A stretch of 63,822 bases of DNA, the filler included, from Deltaproteobacteria bacterium (lineage in GTDB: Bacteria; Myxococcota; JACRCW01), in NCBI GenBank assembly GCA_016218805.1. It is 6 parts of 6 records of this genome, joined end to end, with 100 filler letters (N's around TTAATTAATTAA, not from the genome) between each part and the next. Parts side by side here need not be neighbours in the genome. Positions count along the whole stretch, not along the records: positions 25,691 to 46,700 come from JACRCW010000089.1; positions 46,801 to 52,948 come from JACRCW010000100.1; 4 more parts are not named here. The stretch is one strand, 5' to 3'. Shown here piece by piece: positions 40,266 to 50,033 of this stretch. The position numbers and the translations under genes were made by a program. The notes under the pieces are model-generated. The model was not told the DNA's origin, ran no database searches, and saw only the letters and a list, made by a program, of their open reading frames with translations. How positions within the stretch are numbered: position 1 is the first letter of the stretch; the number at the start of each line of letters is the position of its first letter.

Positions 40266-41384
40266 ATGCTCCCGGTGCCCATGCTCGCTGCCTCGCTTGC
40301 GACCTGGCTCCTTGCCGCCGGCGCGGAAGGTGCCTCCAAGCCCGTTCCCCTGTTCACCCCGCCCCCACCGCGCGCCGCGCCCACGCCCGCGCCGGCCCCG
40401 CCGCCGGTGGTACCGGCGCCCACCGCCCCGGCGGAGCCGCCGCCGGTGGCGGATGAGCCGGAAGCGGCGCCTGCGCCCGCGGCCGAGGAACCGCCGCCGC
40501 CACCGCCGCCGGGCGCGGAGGAGGACCTGGCGTTTGGGGACCACCTGTTTGATGACGGGGACTACTACCGCGCGGTGACGGAGTACCGGCGCTACCTGTT
40601 CCGCACGCGCGGCCGCGGTGAGGCGGCCCCGCGCGTGGTGATGGCCATTGGCGAGGCGTACCTGCGCGGCGCGCAGTACGAGTCCGCGGCGTTGCAGTTT
40701 GACAGCGTGGCGGAGCACCGCGGTGACGACGTCACCAGCGCGGTGGCGGGACTGAGCGCCGCGCGCGCGTACCTGCTGGATGACCGCCCGCTGCTGGCGC
40801 GGCCGCGCGTGCGCCGGCTGTTCAACAATGACGCCGCCGCGCCGGCGCTCCGCGCGGAGGCAGGCCTGCTGCTGGGCATCACCTACCTGCAGGCGGACAA
40901 CTACGCGAAGGCCCGCTCCATCCTGGCTGACGCCCGCCTGGTGAACGGCCCGCGCGCGCCGCTGGCCAAGGCGCTGCTCAACGCCCTTGGCGCGCGGGAC
41001 CGGCTGCCGCAGAAGAGCCCGCTGCTGGCGTTCTTCCTCTCGCTCCTCCCTGGGCTGGGGCACTTCTACCTGGGGCAGTGGGCGGTGGGCCTGACGGCGC
41101 TGCTGTGGAACGGGCTGTTCATCGTCGGCGCGGTGGACGCGTGGGTGCAGCGCAGCTGGGGCGTGGCAATCATCCTGACGCTGCTGGAGCTGACCTTCTA
41201 CGGCGGGAGCATCTTTGGGAGCGTCAGCGGCGCGTTCAAGTACAACCGCGACCAGGAGCTGAACTGGCGCGACAGCGTGCGGGCGCAATACGAGGGCATC
41301 CTCAAGCTCCCGGATCCCACCGCAGGCACGCAGCCCGGTGCGCTCATCCGGTTTGGCGTGCCGCTGGACCTGCCCACGCCCTGA
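40266..41384 (+). CDS. Exported TPR protein with TM2-like hydrophobic hairpin
   Basis: Signal, Pro-rich linker, GDYYRAVTEYRRY TPRs, KSPLLAFFLSLLPGLGHFYLGQ. Confidence 0.82.
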   Translation: MLPVPMLAASLATWLLAAGAEGASKPVPLFTPPPPRAAPTPAPAPPPVVPAPTAPAEPPPVADEPEAAPAPAAEEPPPPPPPGAEEDLAFGDHLFDDGDYYRAVTEYRRYLFRTRGRGEAAPRVVMAIGEAYLRGAQYESAALQFDSVAEHRGDDVTSAVAGLSAARAYLLDDRPLLARPRVRRLFNNDAAAPALRAEAGLLLGITYLQADNYAKARSILADARLVNGPRAPLAKALLNALGARDRLPQKSPLLAFFLSLLPGLGHFYLGQWAVGLTALLWNGLFIVGAVDAWVQRSWGVAIILTLLELTFYGGSIFGSVSGAFKYNRDQELNWRDSVRAQYEGILKLPDPTAGTQPGALIRFGVPLDLPTP

Positions 41385-41389
41385 CCCGC

Positions 41390-42583
41390 ATGCCCGCCCC
41401 GACGATCCGCCTCCACCACGACGACCCGTTGCTGTGGGAGTTCCAGGGCACGGTGCTGGCGCACGCGGTGTTCCAGGGGCGCCAAAGCGTGGTGCTGGAC
41501 CGCTCCGTGTTCTACCCGGAGAGCGGCGGCCAGCAGGGGGACACCGGCCGCCTGGGCGGCGCGCGCGTGGCGGACGTGCAGGTGGATGACGCGGGGGTGG
41601 TGCACCACCTGCTGGAGGGAGACCCGCCGGCCCTGGGCACCGTCGTCACCGGTCAGATAGACGGCGCGCGCCGCCGCATCCACATGGCGCAACACACCGC
41701 GCAGCACATGCTGTCCGCGGCGCTGCTGGAGGGCGCGGGCGGTGAAACGGTGTCGTCCCGCCTGGGCGAAGGCGCCTGCACCATTGACCTGGACCTGGAG
41801 ACGCTGGCCGACAAGGACGTGGTGGCCGCCGAGGACCGGGTCAACGCGCTCATCGACGAGGACCTGGTCATCCGGGCGTACTTTCCTTCGGAGGAGGTGT
41901 TGCGCGCGCTGCCGCTGCGCCGCCGGCCCAAGGTCAGTGAGAACATCCGCGTGGTGCAGATTGGGGACTTTGACGTGTCCCCGTGCGGCGGAACGCACTG
42001 CACGCGCACCGCGCAGGTGGGCCTGGTCCGCGTCACCGGCGTGGAGCGCTACAAGGGCAAGGCGCGCGTGACCTTCCAGGCGGGCCGGCGCGCGCGCGAA
42101 GGACTGTGGGCGGAGGCCCGGGCCCTGCGCGGGCTGGCGGCGGTGTTCACGTGCGGTCCGCTGGAGGTCCCCGCGTCCGTGGACAGCATGCGGCACGCCC
42201 TGGCGGAGACGCGCACCGCGCTGGGCGCGGCCCGGGCGGTGGTGGCGGGCGCGGAGGCCGAGCGGTTGCTGGCGGAGGCGCGTGCGGCCGGGCGCACCGT
42301 GGTGGTGGGACTGGTGGACGGTGACGCGGAGCTGCTGCGTGCCATGGCCAGGAAGCTCACGGCGCAGGCGGACGTCTCGCTGGTGCTGGGCGCGCGTGGA
42401 CCGGAGGGCATCGCCGTGATGTGCACGCGTGGGGAACGCGGCACGCTGGACTGTGGTGCCGCCATGAAGGAACTGGCCGCCGCTGGCGGTGGACGAGGCG
42501 GCGGCAAACCCGCCCACGCCGAAGGCCGCCTGCCGCTCACGGCGGATTTCAGCGCGCTGGCGGCGCGCTTGCTGGCACGCTGA
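41390..42583 (+). CDS. Stand-alone alanyl-tRNA editing protein (AlaX-like) with DHHA1 domain
   Basis: FYPESGGQ, HTAQH (HxxxH), CGGTH, GGRGGGK. Confidence 0.92.
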   Translation: MPAPTIRLHHDDPLLWEFQGTVLAHAVFQGRQSVVLDRSVFYPESGGQQGDTGRLGGARVADVQVDDAGVVHHLLEGDPPALGTVVTGQIDGARRRIHMAQHTAQHMLSAALLEGAGGETVSSRLGEGACTIDLDLETLADKDVVAAEDRVNALIDEDLVIRAYFPSEEVLRALPLRRRPKVSENIRVVQIGDFDVSPCGGTHCTRTAQVGLVRVTGVERYKGKARVTFQAGRRAREGLWAEARALRGLAAVFTCGPLEVPASVDSMRHALAETRTALGAARAVVAGAEAERLLAEARAAGRTVVVGLVDGDAELLRAMARKLTAQADVSLVLGARGPEGIAVMCTRGERGTLDCGAAMKELAAAGGGRGGGKPAHAEGRLPLTADFSALAARLLAR

Positions 42584-42699
42584 CGGCTTCCAAACATCCA
42601 CCGCCAGCGCCCCGCGTGGCCGTGCACCCGCATGCGTGCGGGCGCTGTTCCTGGGCTGTGCGTGGACGCTGCGAGGTGGAATGGCGGAGGGTGTCCGGG

Positions 42700-43221
42700 T
42701 CAGCGGCGGATGCCGCCGGGCGGCGGCCTGCCTCCGCCACCACCCCCGGCACCGCGCAGGCCCGCGTCCGGCATGGCCACACCCTGGCCGTGCCGCTGGA
42801 ACTCCACGGCCCCGGCCTTCTCCGGCAGCACGGCCAGGCCCTCAATGCACACCTTGGCGCCCGCCTCCAGCAGGTCCTTGACGACAATCAGCGTCATGGC
42901 CGGCACGTGCCGCCCGATGAACAGCTTGTACTCCTTGCCGATGGATTCGATGGCCTTGAGGTACTCATCACGGTTGGTGATGTAGATGTTGAGGCGCAGC
43001 AGCGAATCCGGCGCACCGCCCGCGTTGCGCAGGATGCTGGCCAGGTTCTTCAGCGCCTGCTTGAACTGCCCGCCCACGTCCTCACCCACCATCTTGCCAT
43101 TGGAGTCCCACCCGAATTGCCCGGAAATGGCCAGCACCTTCCCGCCCGCATCTGACAGCACGGCGTGCGAGCTGCCCTTGGGCGCGGCCAGTTCGGAGGG
43201 GTTGAGCATCCGGTGAGCCAT
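42700..43221 (-). CDS. RidA/YjgF family protein
   Basis: NPSELAAPKG.SHAV, ISGQ, QALKNL, PAMTL, IEGLA. Confidence 0.88.
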   Translation of the reverse strand: MAHRMLNPSELAAPKGSSHAVLSDAGGKVLAISGQFGWDSNGKMVGEDVGGQFKQALKNLASILRNAGGAPDSLLRLNIYITNRDEYLKAIESIGKEYKLFIGRHVPAMTLIVVKDLLEAGAKVCIEGLAVLPEKAGAVEFQRHGQGVAMPDAGLRGAGGGGGGRPPPGGIRR

Positions 43222-43252
43222 TCACGTCCTCCATCCGCACGGAAACGCGCGG

Positions 43253-44056
43253 TCAATGCCCCGCCGTCTCGCCGCCGTCAACGGTGAGCGTGGTGCCGGT
43301 GATGTCCGCCGCGGCCGCGGAGGCCAGAAAGCCCACCAGCTCCGCCACCCGCTCCGGCGAGGTGAACCGCCGCGTGGGTATCCCCTTGAGCAGTGCCTCA
43401 CGTGATTCCGCCACCGTGCGCCCCGTCTTGGCCGAGATGTTCTCCACCGCGCTCCCCAACAGGTCCGTGTCCACCCAACCCGGGCACACCGCGTTGACCG
43501 TCACCCCCGCGCGCGCCACCTCCAGCGCCAACGCGCGCGTCATCCCCACCACGCCGTGCTTGGCCGCGCAGTAGTGCGCCGTGTAGCGCGTCCCGAACAG
43601 CCCCGCCGTGGAAGCGACGTTGATGATGCGCCCGTGCTTGCGCTCCACCATGCGCGGCAGCACGGCGCGCGTGCACAGGAACGTGCCAACCAGATTCACG
43701 TCCAGCATGCGCCGGAAGTCCGACAGGGACATCTCCAGGAACGGCACCGCGGAGGCCACCCCGGCGTTGTTCACCAGCACGTCCACCGCGCCCAGGCGGT
43801 CCACGCACATCTTCAACGCGAATTCCACGCTGTCCGGGTCCGCCACGTCGCACACCGCGCTGGTGGCGAAGCCGCCGCCCTGGTGGATGAGCGCTGCCAC
43901 CTCGTCGATTTCGTCCAGCGAGCGGGAGACCACGGCGACCTTGTGGCCCGCCGCGGCCAGCCGCAGCGCGCATGCCCGGCCGATGCCGCGGCCGCCGCCG
44001 GTGACCAGCGCCACCGGCGCGTCCGGCCCCGGCACGGGAAGGATGAGTTCCGTCAT
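43253..44056 (-). CDS. Short-chain dehydrogenase/reductase
   Basis: TGGGRGIG, NNAG, YCAAK, CPGWVDT. Confidence 0.95.
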   Translation of the reverse strand: MTELILPVPGPDAPVALVTGGGRGIGRACALRLAAAGHKVAVVSRSLDEIDEVAALIHQGGGFATSAVCDVADPDSVEFALKMCVDRLGAVDVLVNNAGVASAVPFLEMSLSDFRRMLDVNLVGTFLCTRAVLPRMVERKHGRIINVASTAGLFGTRYTAHYCAAKHGVVGMTRALALEVARAGVTVNAVCPGWVDTDLLGSAVENISAKTGRTVAESREALLKGIPTRRFTSPERVAELVGFLASAAAADITGTTLTVDGGETAGH

Positions 44057-44138
44057 GCGCCGGCAGTAGCCCGCCCGCCGCGCCGGCGCGAGCGATCCGG
44101 GAAACCACCGCGGCCCGCTGCCGGTCCGTTGATGCGTG

Positions 44139-45080
44139 TCAGGGGCCCGCGTCGGAACAGGTGAGCGTGCCGCACTCGTACACGCCGCCAAAACAGCCCG
44201 CGCCCACGTAGTGGCAGCCGCGCGGCGGTGCGGCACAGCGGCCCGTGCAGGCGGCGCCCGCGTCCGTCGCATCGCACGTCAGTGTGCCGCACTCATAGAC
44301 CCCGCCGTCAAAACAGCCGCTGCCCTCGTAATGGCACCCCGCGGGCGGGGAGGCGCACCGGCCGGTGCACGCGGGTCCCGCATCGGTGGCGTCACACGTG
44401 AGCGTGCCGCATTCGTAGACCCCGCCGCCGAAGCAGCCGCTGCCCTCGTAGTGGCACCCTGCGGGCGGGGAGGCGCACCGTCCCGTGCAGGCGGGTCCCG
44501 CATCGGTGGCGTCACACGTCAGCGTGCCGCAGTCGTAGACGCCGCCGCCGAAGCAGCCGCTGCCCTCGTAGTGGCACCCCGCGGGCGGCGAGGCGCACCG
44601 GCCGGTGCAGGCGGGCCCCGCGTCGGTGGCGTCGCACGTGAGCGTGCCGCAGTCGTACACACCGCCCCCGAAGCAGCCGCCGCCCTCATAGGTGCATCCC
44701 TCGGGCGCTGCCGCGCAGCGGCCGGTGCAGGCAGGCGCGCCCGCGTCGGTGGCGCGGCAGACCACTTCGCCGCAGTCCATGACGCCGCGGACGCACCCGC
44801 CGCCCTGCCGGGTGCACCCGGCCGGCGGCGCCGCGCAGCGCCCAGTGCAGGCCGGCGCGGCGGACGAAGCGCCCCCGGCCGACGACGACAGAGCCGCCGA
44901 ACTGGCGCCGTGGCTGGAGGAGGAGGTCACCCCGCCGGAGCCGCTGCCCGATGACGACACTGCGCCCGATGAAGAGGAGGACGACGAGCCCGCTCCTCCA
45001 TCATCATCACCCGCACCGCCCCGGCATGCCGCCGCCACGCACAACCCCGCCACCGCCCAGCACCGCCAGCGCACCCACAT
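44139..45080 (-). CDS. Lipoprotein with Ser-rich linker and six ~40-aa Cys-rich tandem repeats
   Basis: Lipobox VAAAC; unit ACTGRCASPPAGCHYEGSGCFGGGVYDCGTLTCDATDAGP. Confidence 0.88.
   Translation of the reverse strand: MWVRWRCWAVAGLCVAAACRGGAGDDDGGAGSSSSSSSGAVSSSGSGSGGVTSSSSHGASSAALSSSAGGASSAAPACTGRCAAPPAGCTRQGGGCVRGVMDCGEVVCRATDAGAPACTGRCAAAPEGCTYEGGGCFGGGVYDCGTLTCDATDAGPACTGRCASPPAGCHYEGSGCFGGGVYDCGTLTCDATDAGPACTGRCASPPAGCHYEGSGCFGGGVYECGTLTCDATDAGPACTGRCASPPAGCHYEGSGCFDGGVYECGTLTCDATDAGAACTGRCAAPPRGCHYVGAGCFGGVYECGTLTCSDAGP
44142..44855 (-). repeat. ~120-bp coding tandem repeat (6 units)
   Basis: Near-identical sequence recurs at 44281, 44401, 44521, 44641. Confidence 0.92.
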
Positions 45081-45207
45081 GGCCACCTCCCGTCCGTATG
45101 CGCGCACTATCAACCACGGCCAGCCTGCTGTCCAAGGTCAGAGCCCGCCTGCCGGTTGCCTGCCTGCCGACGTGAAAGCGGCTCACGCGCGTGCCACACT
45201 GGCGGTC

Positions 45208-45963
45208 ATGCCTTTCCACCCCTTCCTGCTGGTGTTTTCGGTGGTGATGCTGTTTGCCGCCGCGGTGAGCGTGGCGCGCGCGCGCCGTGGGTTCCGCCGC
45301 GCGGACCGGATGGAGGAGACGCCCACCACGCGGCTGGCTGACGCGCGCGAAGGCCTCATTGAAGTGTCGGGCACGGTACGCGGCGCGGAGGAGTTGCTGG
45401 TCAGTCCGCTCACGGACCGCCGGTGTGTGTACTACCGCTTCATCGTCTCCGAACGGCGCGCGCGGCCGGCGGCGCGCAACGGCCGGCCGACGGTGGAGAG
45501 CGCCTGGGAGCGCCTGCTGGATGACCGGCGCAGCATCCTGTGCCGGTTGGAGGATGAGGGCGCGGTGGTGGAACTGGAACTGCAGGGTGCGGAGGTGTTC
45601 CTGCAGGGGCGGGTGCACGCGGAGAGCGGGACGTTCCATGACCCGCCGGAGGCCCTGGAGCGCCTGTTGAACCTCCGCTACGGCAAGAGCGCGCGCGGGC
45701 TGCTGTTCAACCGGTCGTTGCGCTACTCGGAGGACGTCATCACGGAGGGGGCGCGGTTGTACGCGCTGGGCCACGCCGTGCGGCAGCCCGGGGGGGCGCT
45801 GCGCATCCAGAAGGGCGAGGGGATGTTCGTGGTGTCGGACCGGCGCGAGGCGGACCTGGTGCGCCGGTTCCGCCGCGAGGGTCGCATGGCCGCGGGGGTG
45901 GCGGTGTTCATGGTTGTGCTGGCGGTGGTGATCCCGCTCTTACCCGTCCATCCTTTCTGGTAG
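45208..45963 (+). CDS. GIDE-domain-like membrane protein
   Basis: TM at both ends; METPTT..GLIEVSG..LVSPLT...CVYY...RYSEDVI.EG..LYALG. Confidence 0.72.
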   Translation: MPFHPFLLVFSVVMLFAAAVSVARARRGFRRADRMEETPTTRLADAREGLIEVSGTVRGAEELLVSPLTDRRCVYYRFIVSERRARPAARNGRPTVESAWERLLDDRRSILCRLEDEGAVVELELQGAEVFLQGRVHAESGTFHDPPEALERLLNLRYGKSARGLLFNRSLRYSEDVITEGARLYALGHAVRQPGGALRIQKGEGMFVVSDRREADLVRRFRREGRMAAGVAVFMVVLAVVIPLLPVHPFW

Positions 45964-45991
45964 TACGGCGCGCCACCCCGAGGGCGCCCCC

Positions 45992-46700
45992 GTGTCCGTC
46001 AGTACCGCCGTCCAAGTCACCCCTGCGTTGACCACCGTCCTGGAACTGTTGCGGGGCAACCGCCTGGCGTTGGTGGACGGCTGTGTGGCGCGCATCCTGG
46101 AGACGCTGCCCAAGTACTCGTTGCTGGACCCGTCCCGGCTGCGGGCCAGCGCGGAAGGCTTTGTGGACGAGGTGCTGGCGGTGGACAGCCAGCAGGGCGG
46201 CGGCCTGATGACGCGGATCATCAAGGTGTCGCAGGATCGGGTGGCGCAGGGATTCTCATTGTCCGACTACCTGCGCGCGCTGCTGGTGTTCCTGCCGGTG
46301 GCGCGCGGCGTGATGCGCGCGGGCGGGTCGGACCAGGCGCCGGTGCTGGCGCAGGGATTCACCGAGCTGGAGGGCTACGTGCACGGCTGGGCGGCCGCCG
46401 CCGCGGACGTGTGGTCCGAATCCGCGGCGCGGTCGCTGGAGGCCAAGAACGCGGAGCTCAACCGGCTCAACCAGCGCCTGGTGGCGCATGACCGCGCGCT
46501 GTCGTCGGAAGTGGCGGAGGTGAACCGCGCGCTGGCGGGCGCCAATGAGTTCAACCGGCGGGTGATTGATTCGCTGACCAGCGGGCTGCTGGTGGTGGAG
46601 GGGCCGCCGCACCGGCGCGTGAGCATGTACACCAACCGCCTGGAGCAGATTGCCGGCAAGCCGGCGGAGGAGGTGTTGGGGCGGCCGGTGGCGGAGGCGC
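45992..46700 (+). CDS. Signal-transduction protein (helical sensor, coiled coil, start of PAS domain); truncated by contig end
   Basis: RVAQGFSL helical domain, heptads, VIDSLTSGLLVV..N..LEQIAG..AEEVLGRPV. Confidence 0.72.
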
Positions 46701-46800
46701 NNNNNNNNNNNNNNNNNNNNNNNNNNNNNNNNNNNNNNNNNNNNTTAATTAATTAANNNNNNNNNNNNNNNNNNNNNNNNNNNNNNNNNNNNNNNNNNNN
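46701..46800. other. Artificial contig linker
   Basis: N-TTAATTAATTAA-N. Confidence 0.98.
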
Positions 46801-48199
46801 GCACGGGTGCGCGCACGGTGACGTCCGCAGACGCGCGCGGGAGTTCTTCAATGGGCGTCAGCGCGCTCTCCGGAAGCAGTTCCACCGGCGGCGCCGTGAG
46901 CGCCGGCCCCAGGATCACCGCCGGCTGCGGCGGCATGTGCACCTGCACGGCGGCCATCACCGGCGTGGTGGCCACGGTGGAGGGCAGCGGCGCGGACCGG
47001 GCGCCCTTGGTGACCACCGGCTCGCCCTTGAACAGCTCATGCAGCGCCACTTTGTCTCCCATGCGCGCACTGCGCATCATGGCGTGCGTCTGCGTGGGCG
47101 GGTCCTTGTCCCCAAACTCGGACAGCGCGCGGTCCCCGGCGTCCTGCTCCTTGGTGGTCTGGAACGCCGTGGACCCCGCCACCAGGTCCCCCAGGCGGAT
47201 GGAGACGGACTGGTTGAGCCCGTGGATGTCCTTGTCCGGTTCCTTGGGCGGCTTGCCGCCCAGGAACAGGTAGTTGAGGAACTCCGCCAGGTGCTCGCGG
47301 GAGGAGCGCGGGTTGAGCTTGTGCAGCACGTGGCTGATGTCGTCCCGGAACTCGGTGGCGTCGTTGTAGCGGTCCTCGCGCCTGGCCGCGGTGGCCTTCT
47401 GGTAGATGCGGTCCAGCTCCGCCGGGATGGCCGGCACGCGGTCTGAGGGGAGCAGCGGCGTGGGGTTGGCCACCTTCTCCAACAGGCTGAGCGGGTTGTC
47501 ATCCACAAAGCGCTTGGTCCCCGTGCACAACTCAAACAGCACCACGCCCGTGGAGTACACGTCCGTGCGCACGTCCAGCTTCTTGCCGCGCGCCTGCTCC
47601 GGGCTCATGTAGCCAAAGTTGCCCAGCAGCACGTTGGCCTGGGTCTCCGTGGACCGCTGCGTGCTCTTGGCCAGCCCAAAGTCGATGATCTTGACCTCGC
47701 CCTCAAAGCTGACCAGCACGTTCTGCGGGCTGATGTCCCGGTGGACCAGCTCAATGGGGCGGCCCTGCGCGTCCACCTGGCGGTGCGCGTAGGCCAGCCC
47801 GGAGAGGATTTCCCGGACGACGAACAGCGCGATGTCCAGGTTGATGCGCTTGTTCTTCTCGTGACAGAAACGGAGGATGCGCCGCAGGTCAAACCCGTCA
47901 ACAAACTCCGCGGCCATGAACAGTTCGTCGTCTATGCGGCCCAGGTCATACACCTGCACAATGTTGGGGTGACCCAGGCGCGCGCCCAGCTTGGCTTCAT
48001 CCACAAAGCGCGTGGTGACGTCCGGGTCCTTGGTGAACTTCCCCAGCAGCTTCTTGACCGCGTAGTACTTCTCAAACTCCTGCAGGCCGGAGGTGCGGGC
48101 CAGGTAGATTTCGCCCATGCCGCCGCGCGCCAGCAGCTTGAGCAGCGTGTAGTTGCCGAACGACCTCGGCAGCGACTCGGGCTCGCGTTCCTTGTTCAT
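46801..48199 (-). CDS. Hanks-type Ser/Thr protein kinase, 3' truncated by contig end
   Basis: ARGGMGEIY, AVKK, HRDISPQN, DFG, YMSPEQ, DVYSTG; ATGA overlap with upstream gene. Confidence 0.95.
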
Positions 48200-49830
48200 G
48201 CCTCCGCCGGCGCGCCATCGACGCGGTAGATGTCCACGGCCTCGGTCCGTCCCCGGATGGCGTGCGGTCCCAGCGCAATCAACCGCCAACCCGCCCGCTG
48301 CACCAGGCCCTCGCGCACCGCAGCGGTCACGCACACCTCACCCGCGCCCGCCAGTTCCGTGATCCGCTCCGCCAGCCGCGCCGGCGCCCCCACCAGCGTG
48401 TAGGTGGCCCGTTCCCCCTGCGTGAACACGCCCGCCACCACCGCCCCGGCATCCACGCCCGCGCGCAGCCGCAGCGCGGCACCGTCCGGCCCCGGGATGG
48501 CCGGCAGCCGCGAGCGCAGCTCCAGCAGCGCGCGCACGGCGGCCTCCGCCGCTTCCGCCGGGCTGCCCTCCCAGAACCGCAGGAACCCACCCGCGCCCAT
48601 GGCGTGGTCCAACCGCCCGCCCAGCGCGCCCGCCACGTCAGACGCCGCCGCGTTGAGCGCGCCCACCACGCGCGCGGTGTCCGCCGTGGACCAGCCCGCG
48701 GCCGCCTGCTCAAACCCGTGCACGTCGTAGAACGCCACCACCTGGTGGCCGCTGCTGACCTGGGACTCCATGCGGCCGCCCTGCGCCGCGGCCAGCACCC
48801 GCTCGGCCAGTTCGTCCGGGACCGCGCGCGCCAGCGCCCCGCGCACCGCGTCCGCGCTCAGGCCGCCGCCGCCGCCGCCCGCCGCCGGCTGCTCCACCGC
48901 GGTGCGCGTGGGGCTGGTGACCTCCTCCGGGATCTCGGCGTGCGGCTCCGCGCCGCCCTCTGCCAGGCGCACGGCCATCTGGTGGGCCAACGCCAGCGCC
49001 GAATCCACCTCTCCATCCGGAAAGCCGCCGTCCGTCCACGGGCGCAGCACCTGCACCACGCCCAGCGCCGGGCTCTCCGGGTCCTTGAGCAGCGGCACCA
49101 CCAGCAGCGCCATGGGCTGCTGGAACCCCTGGGAGGACACCAGCACGGGGTCCACCGGCTTGCTGCGCGAATAGAACGCGCTGCGCTCCTCCACCGCGCG
49201 CCGGAACGCGGGCCAGCACAGGGGTGGCTCACCGGTGGGCTCGCCCAGCAGCGTGGTCAGCGCCATCAGCCCGCCGGGCGCCGCGGTCAGCAGCGCCACC
49301 AGGTCCCCGTCCGTGACGTCCCGGATGAGCCGCAACAGGTCCTGCACCTGCGCGTGCCCCGGCCGGGTGAGCAGGTCTGAGGCGCGGGCCATCAGCGCCA
49401 GCTGCCGCGCCGCGGGGTCCTTGCCGCGGAACGCCACCGCTTCACCGCGGCGGGCGGCGTCCAGCGCGCCCAGCGTCAGGTCAGACACGCGCAGCTGCTC
49501 CAGGGACTGGTCAATGGCCTCCTCCGGGCGCGTCTCCGCGGATTCCAGCACCAGCTTGAAGCCGCCCACGTACACCGTGTCCCCCGCCGTCAGCGGGCGC
49601 GTGCGCACCTTCTCCCCGTTCACAAACGTCCCGTTGTTGCTGTCCAGGTCATGCACCACCACGCCGCGCCCGTCCGGCTCCACCACCAGCTTGGCGTGCA
49701 CGCGTGACACCAGCGGCCCGGTGAGCACCACGTCCGCGCGCGCGGTGCGGCCCACCAGGTTCTGCCCGGTCTTCAGCGGCGCTGACCGCGTGAGCTGCTG
49801 GAACGCGTGGACGACCACCTGGAAGGGCAT
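48196..49830 (-). CDS. FHA-GAF-class III cyclase-like protein, catalytic residues degenerate
   Basis: FHA GR..SRVH..SNNGT; GAF-like middle; cyclase-like FYDVHGF, LDHAMGAG, YTLVGAPARLAER. Confidence 0.85.
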   Translation of the reverse strand: MPFQVVVHAFQQLTRSAPLKTGQNLVGRTARADVVLTGPLVSRVHAKLVVEPDGRGVVVHDLDSNNGTFVNGEKVRTRPLTAGDTVYVGGFKLVLESAETRPEEAIDQSLEQLRVSDLTLGALDAARRGEAVAFRGKDPAARQLALMARASDLLTRPGHAQVQDLLRLIRDVTDGDLVALLTAAPGGLMALTTLLGEPTGEPPLCWPAFRRAVEERSAFYSRSKPVDPVLVSSQGFQQPMALLVVPLLKDPESPALGVVQVLRPWTDGGFPDGEVDSALALAHQMAVRLAEGGAEPHAEIPEEVTSPTRTAVEQPAAGGGGGGLSADAVRGALARAVPDELAERVLAAAQGGRMESQVSSGHQVVAFYDVHGFEQAAAGWSTADTARVVGALNAAASDVAGALGGRLDHAMGAGGFLRFWEGSPAEAAEAAVRALLELRSRLPAIPGPDGAALRLRAGVDAGAVVAGVFTQGERATYTLVGAPARLAERITELAGAGEVCVTAAVREGLVQRAGWRLIALGPHAIRGRTEAVDIYRVDGAPAEA

Positions 49831-50033
49831 CGGGCGCGGGCTCCGCTCGCAGTGGCGCGGGGAAGCCATCGCCACGGGGTCGGCATTGAACCATCAGCAG
49901 GGGGGGTTTGCCAACAACGGGATCCGGGCGGCGGCTGTTGCCACCAGCCAACCTCATGCCCCACAGTGGGGCCGCCGCGTGTGCTCCAAGACGCACGCCG
50001 GCCGTCCTGCAGCAAGGAGAGGACCGGCCTCCC

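Noticed and set aside
44142..44855. Possible CRISPR array or DGR template/variable repeats
   Set aside because: In-frame 120-bp coding repeats; differences are not adenine-specific; no reverse transcriptase seen
45208..45963. Bacterial ubiquitin ligase system
   Set aside because: GIDE-like domain only; no RING, E2 or ubiquitin-like gene adjacent
45992..48199. PAS sensor and Ser/Thr kinase as one locus
   Set aside because: Separated by an artificial linker; adjacency unsupported
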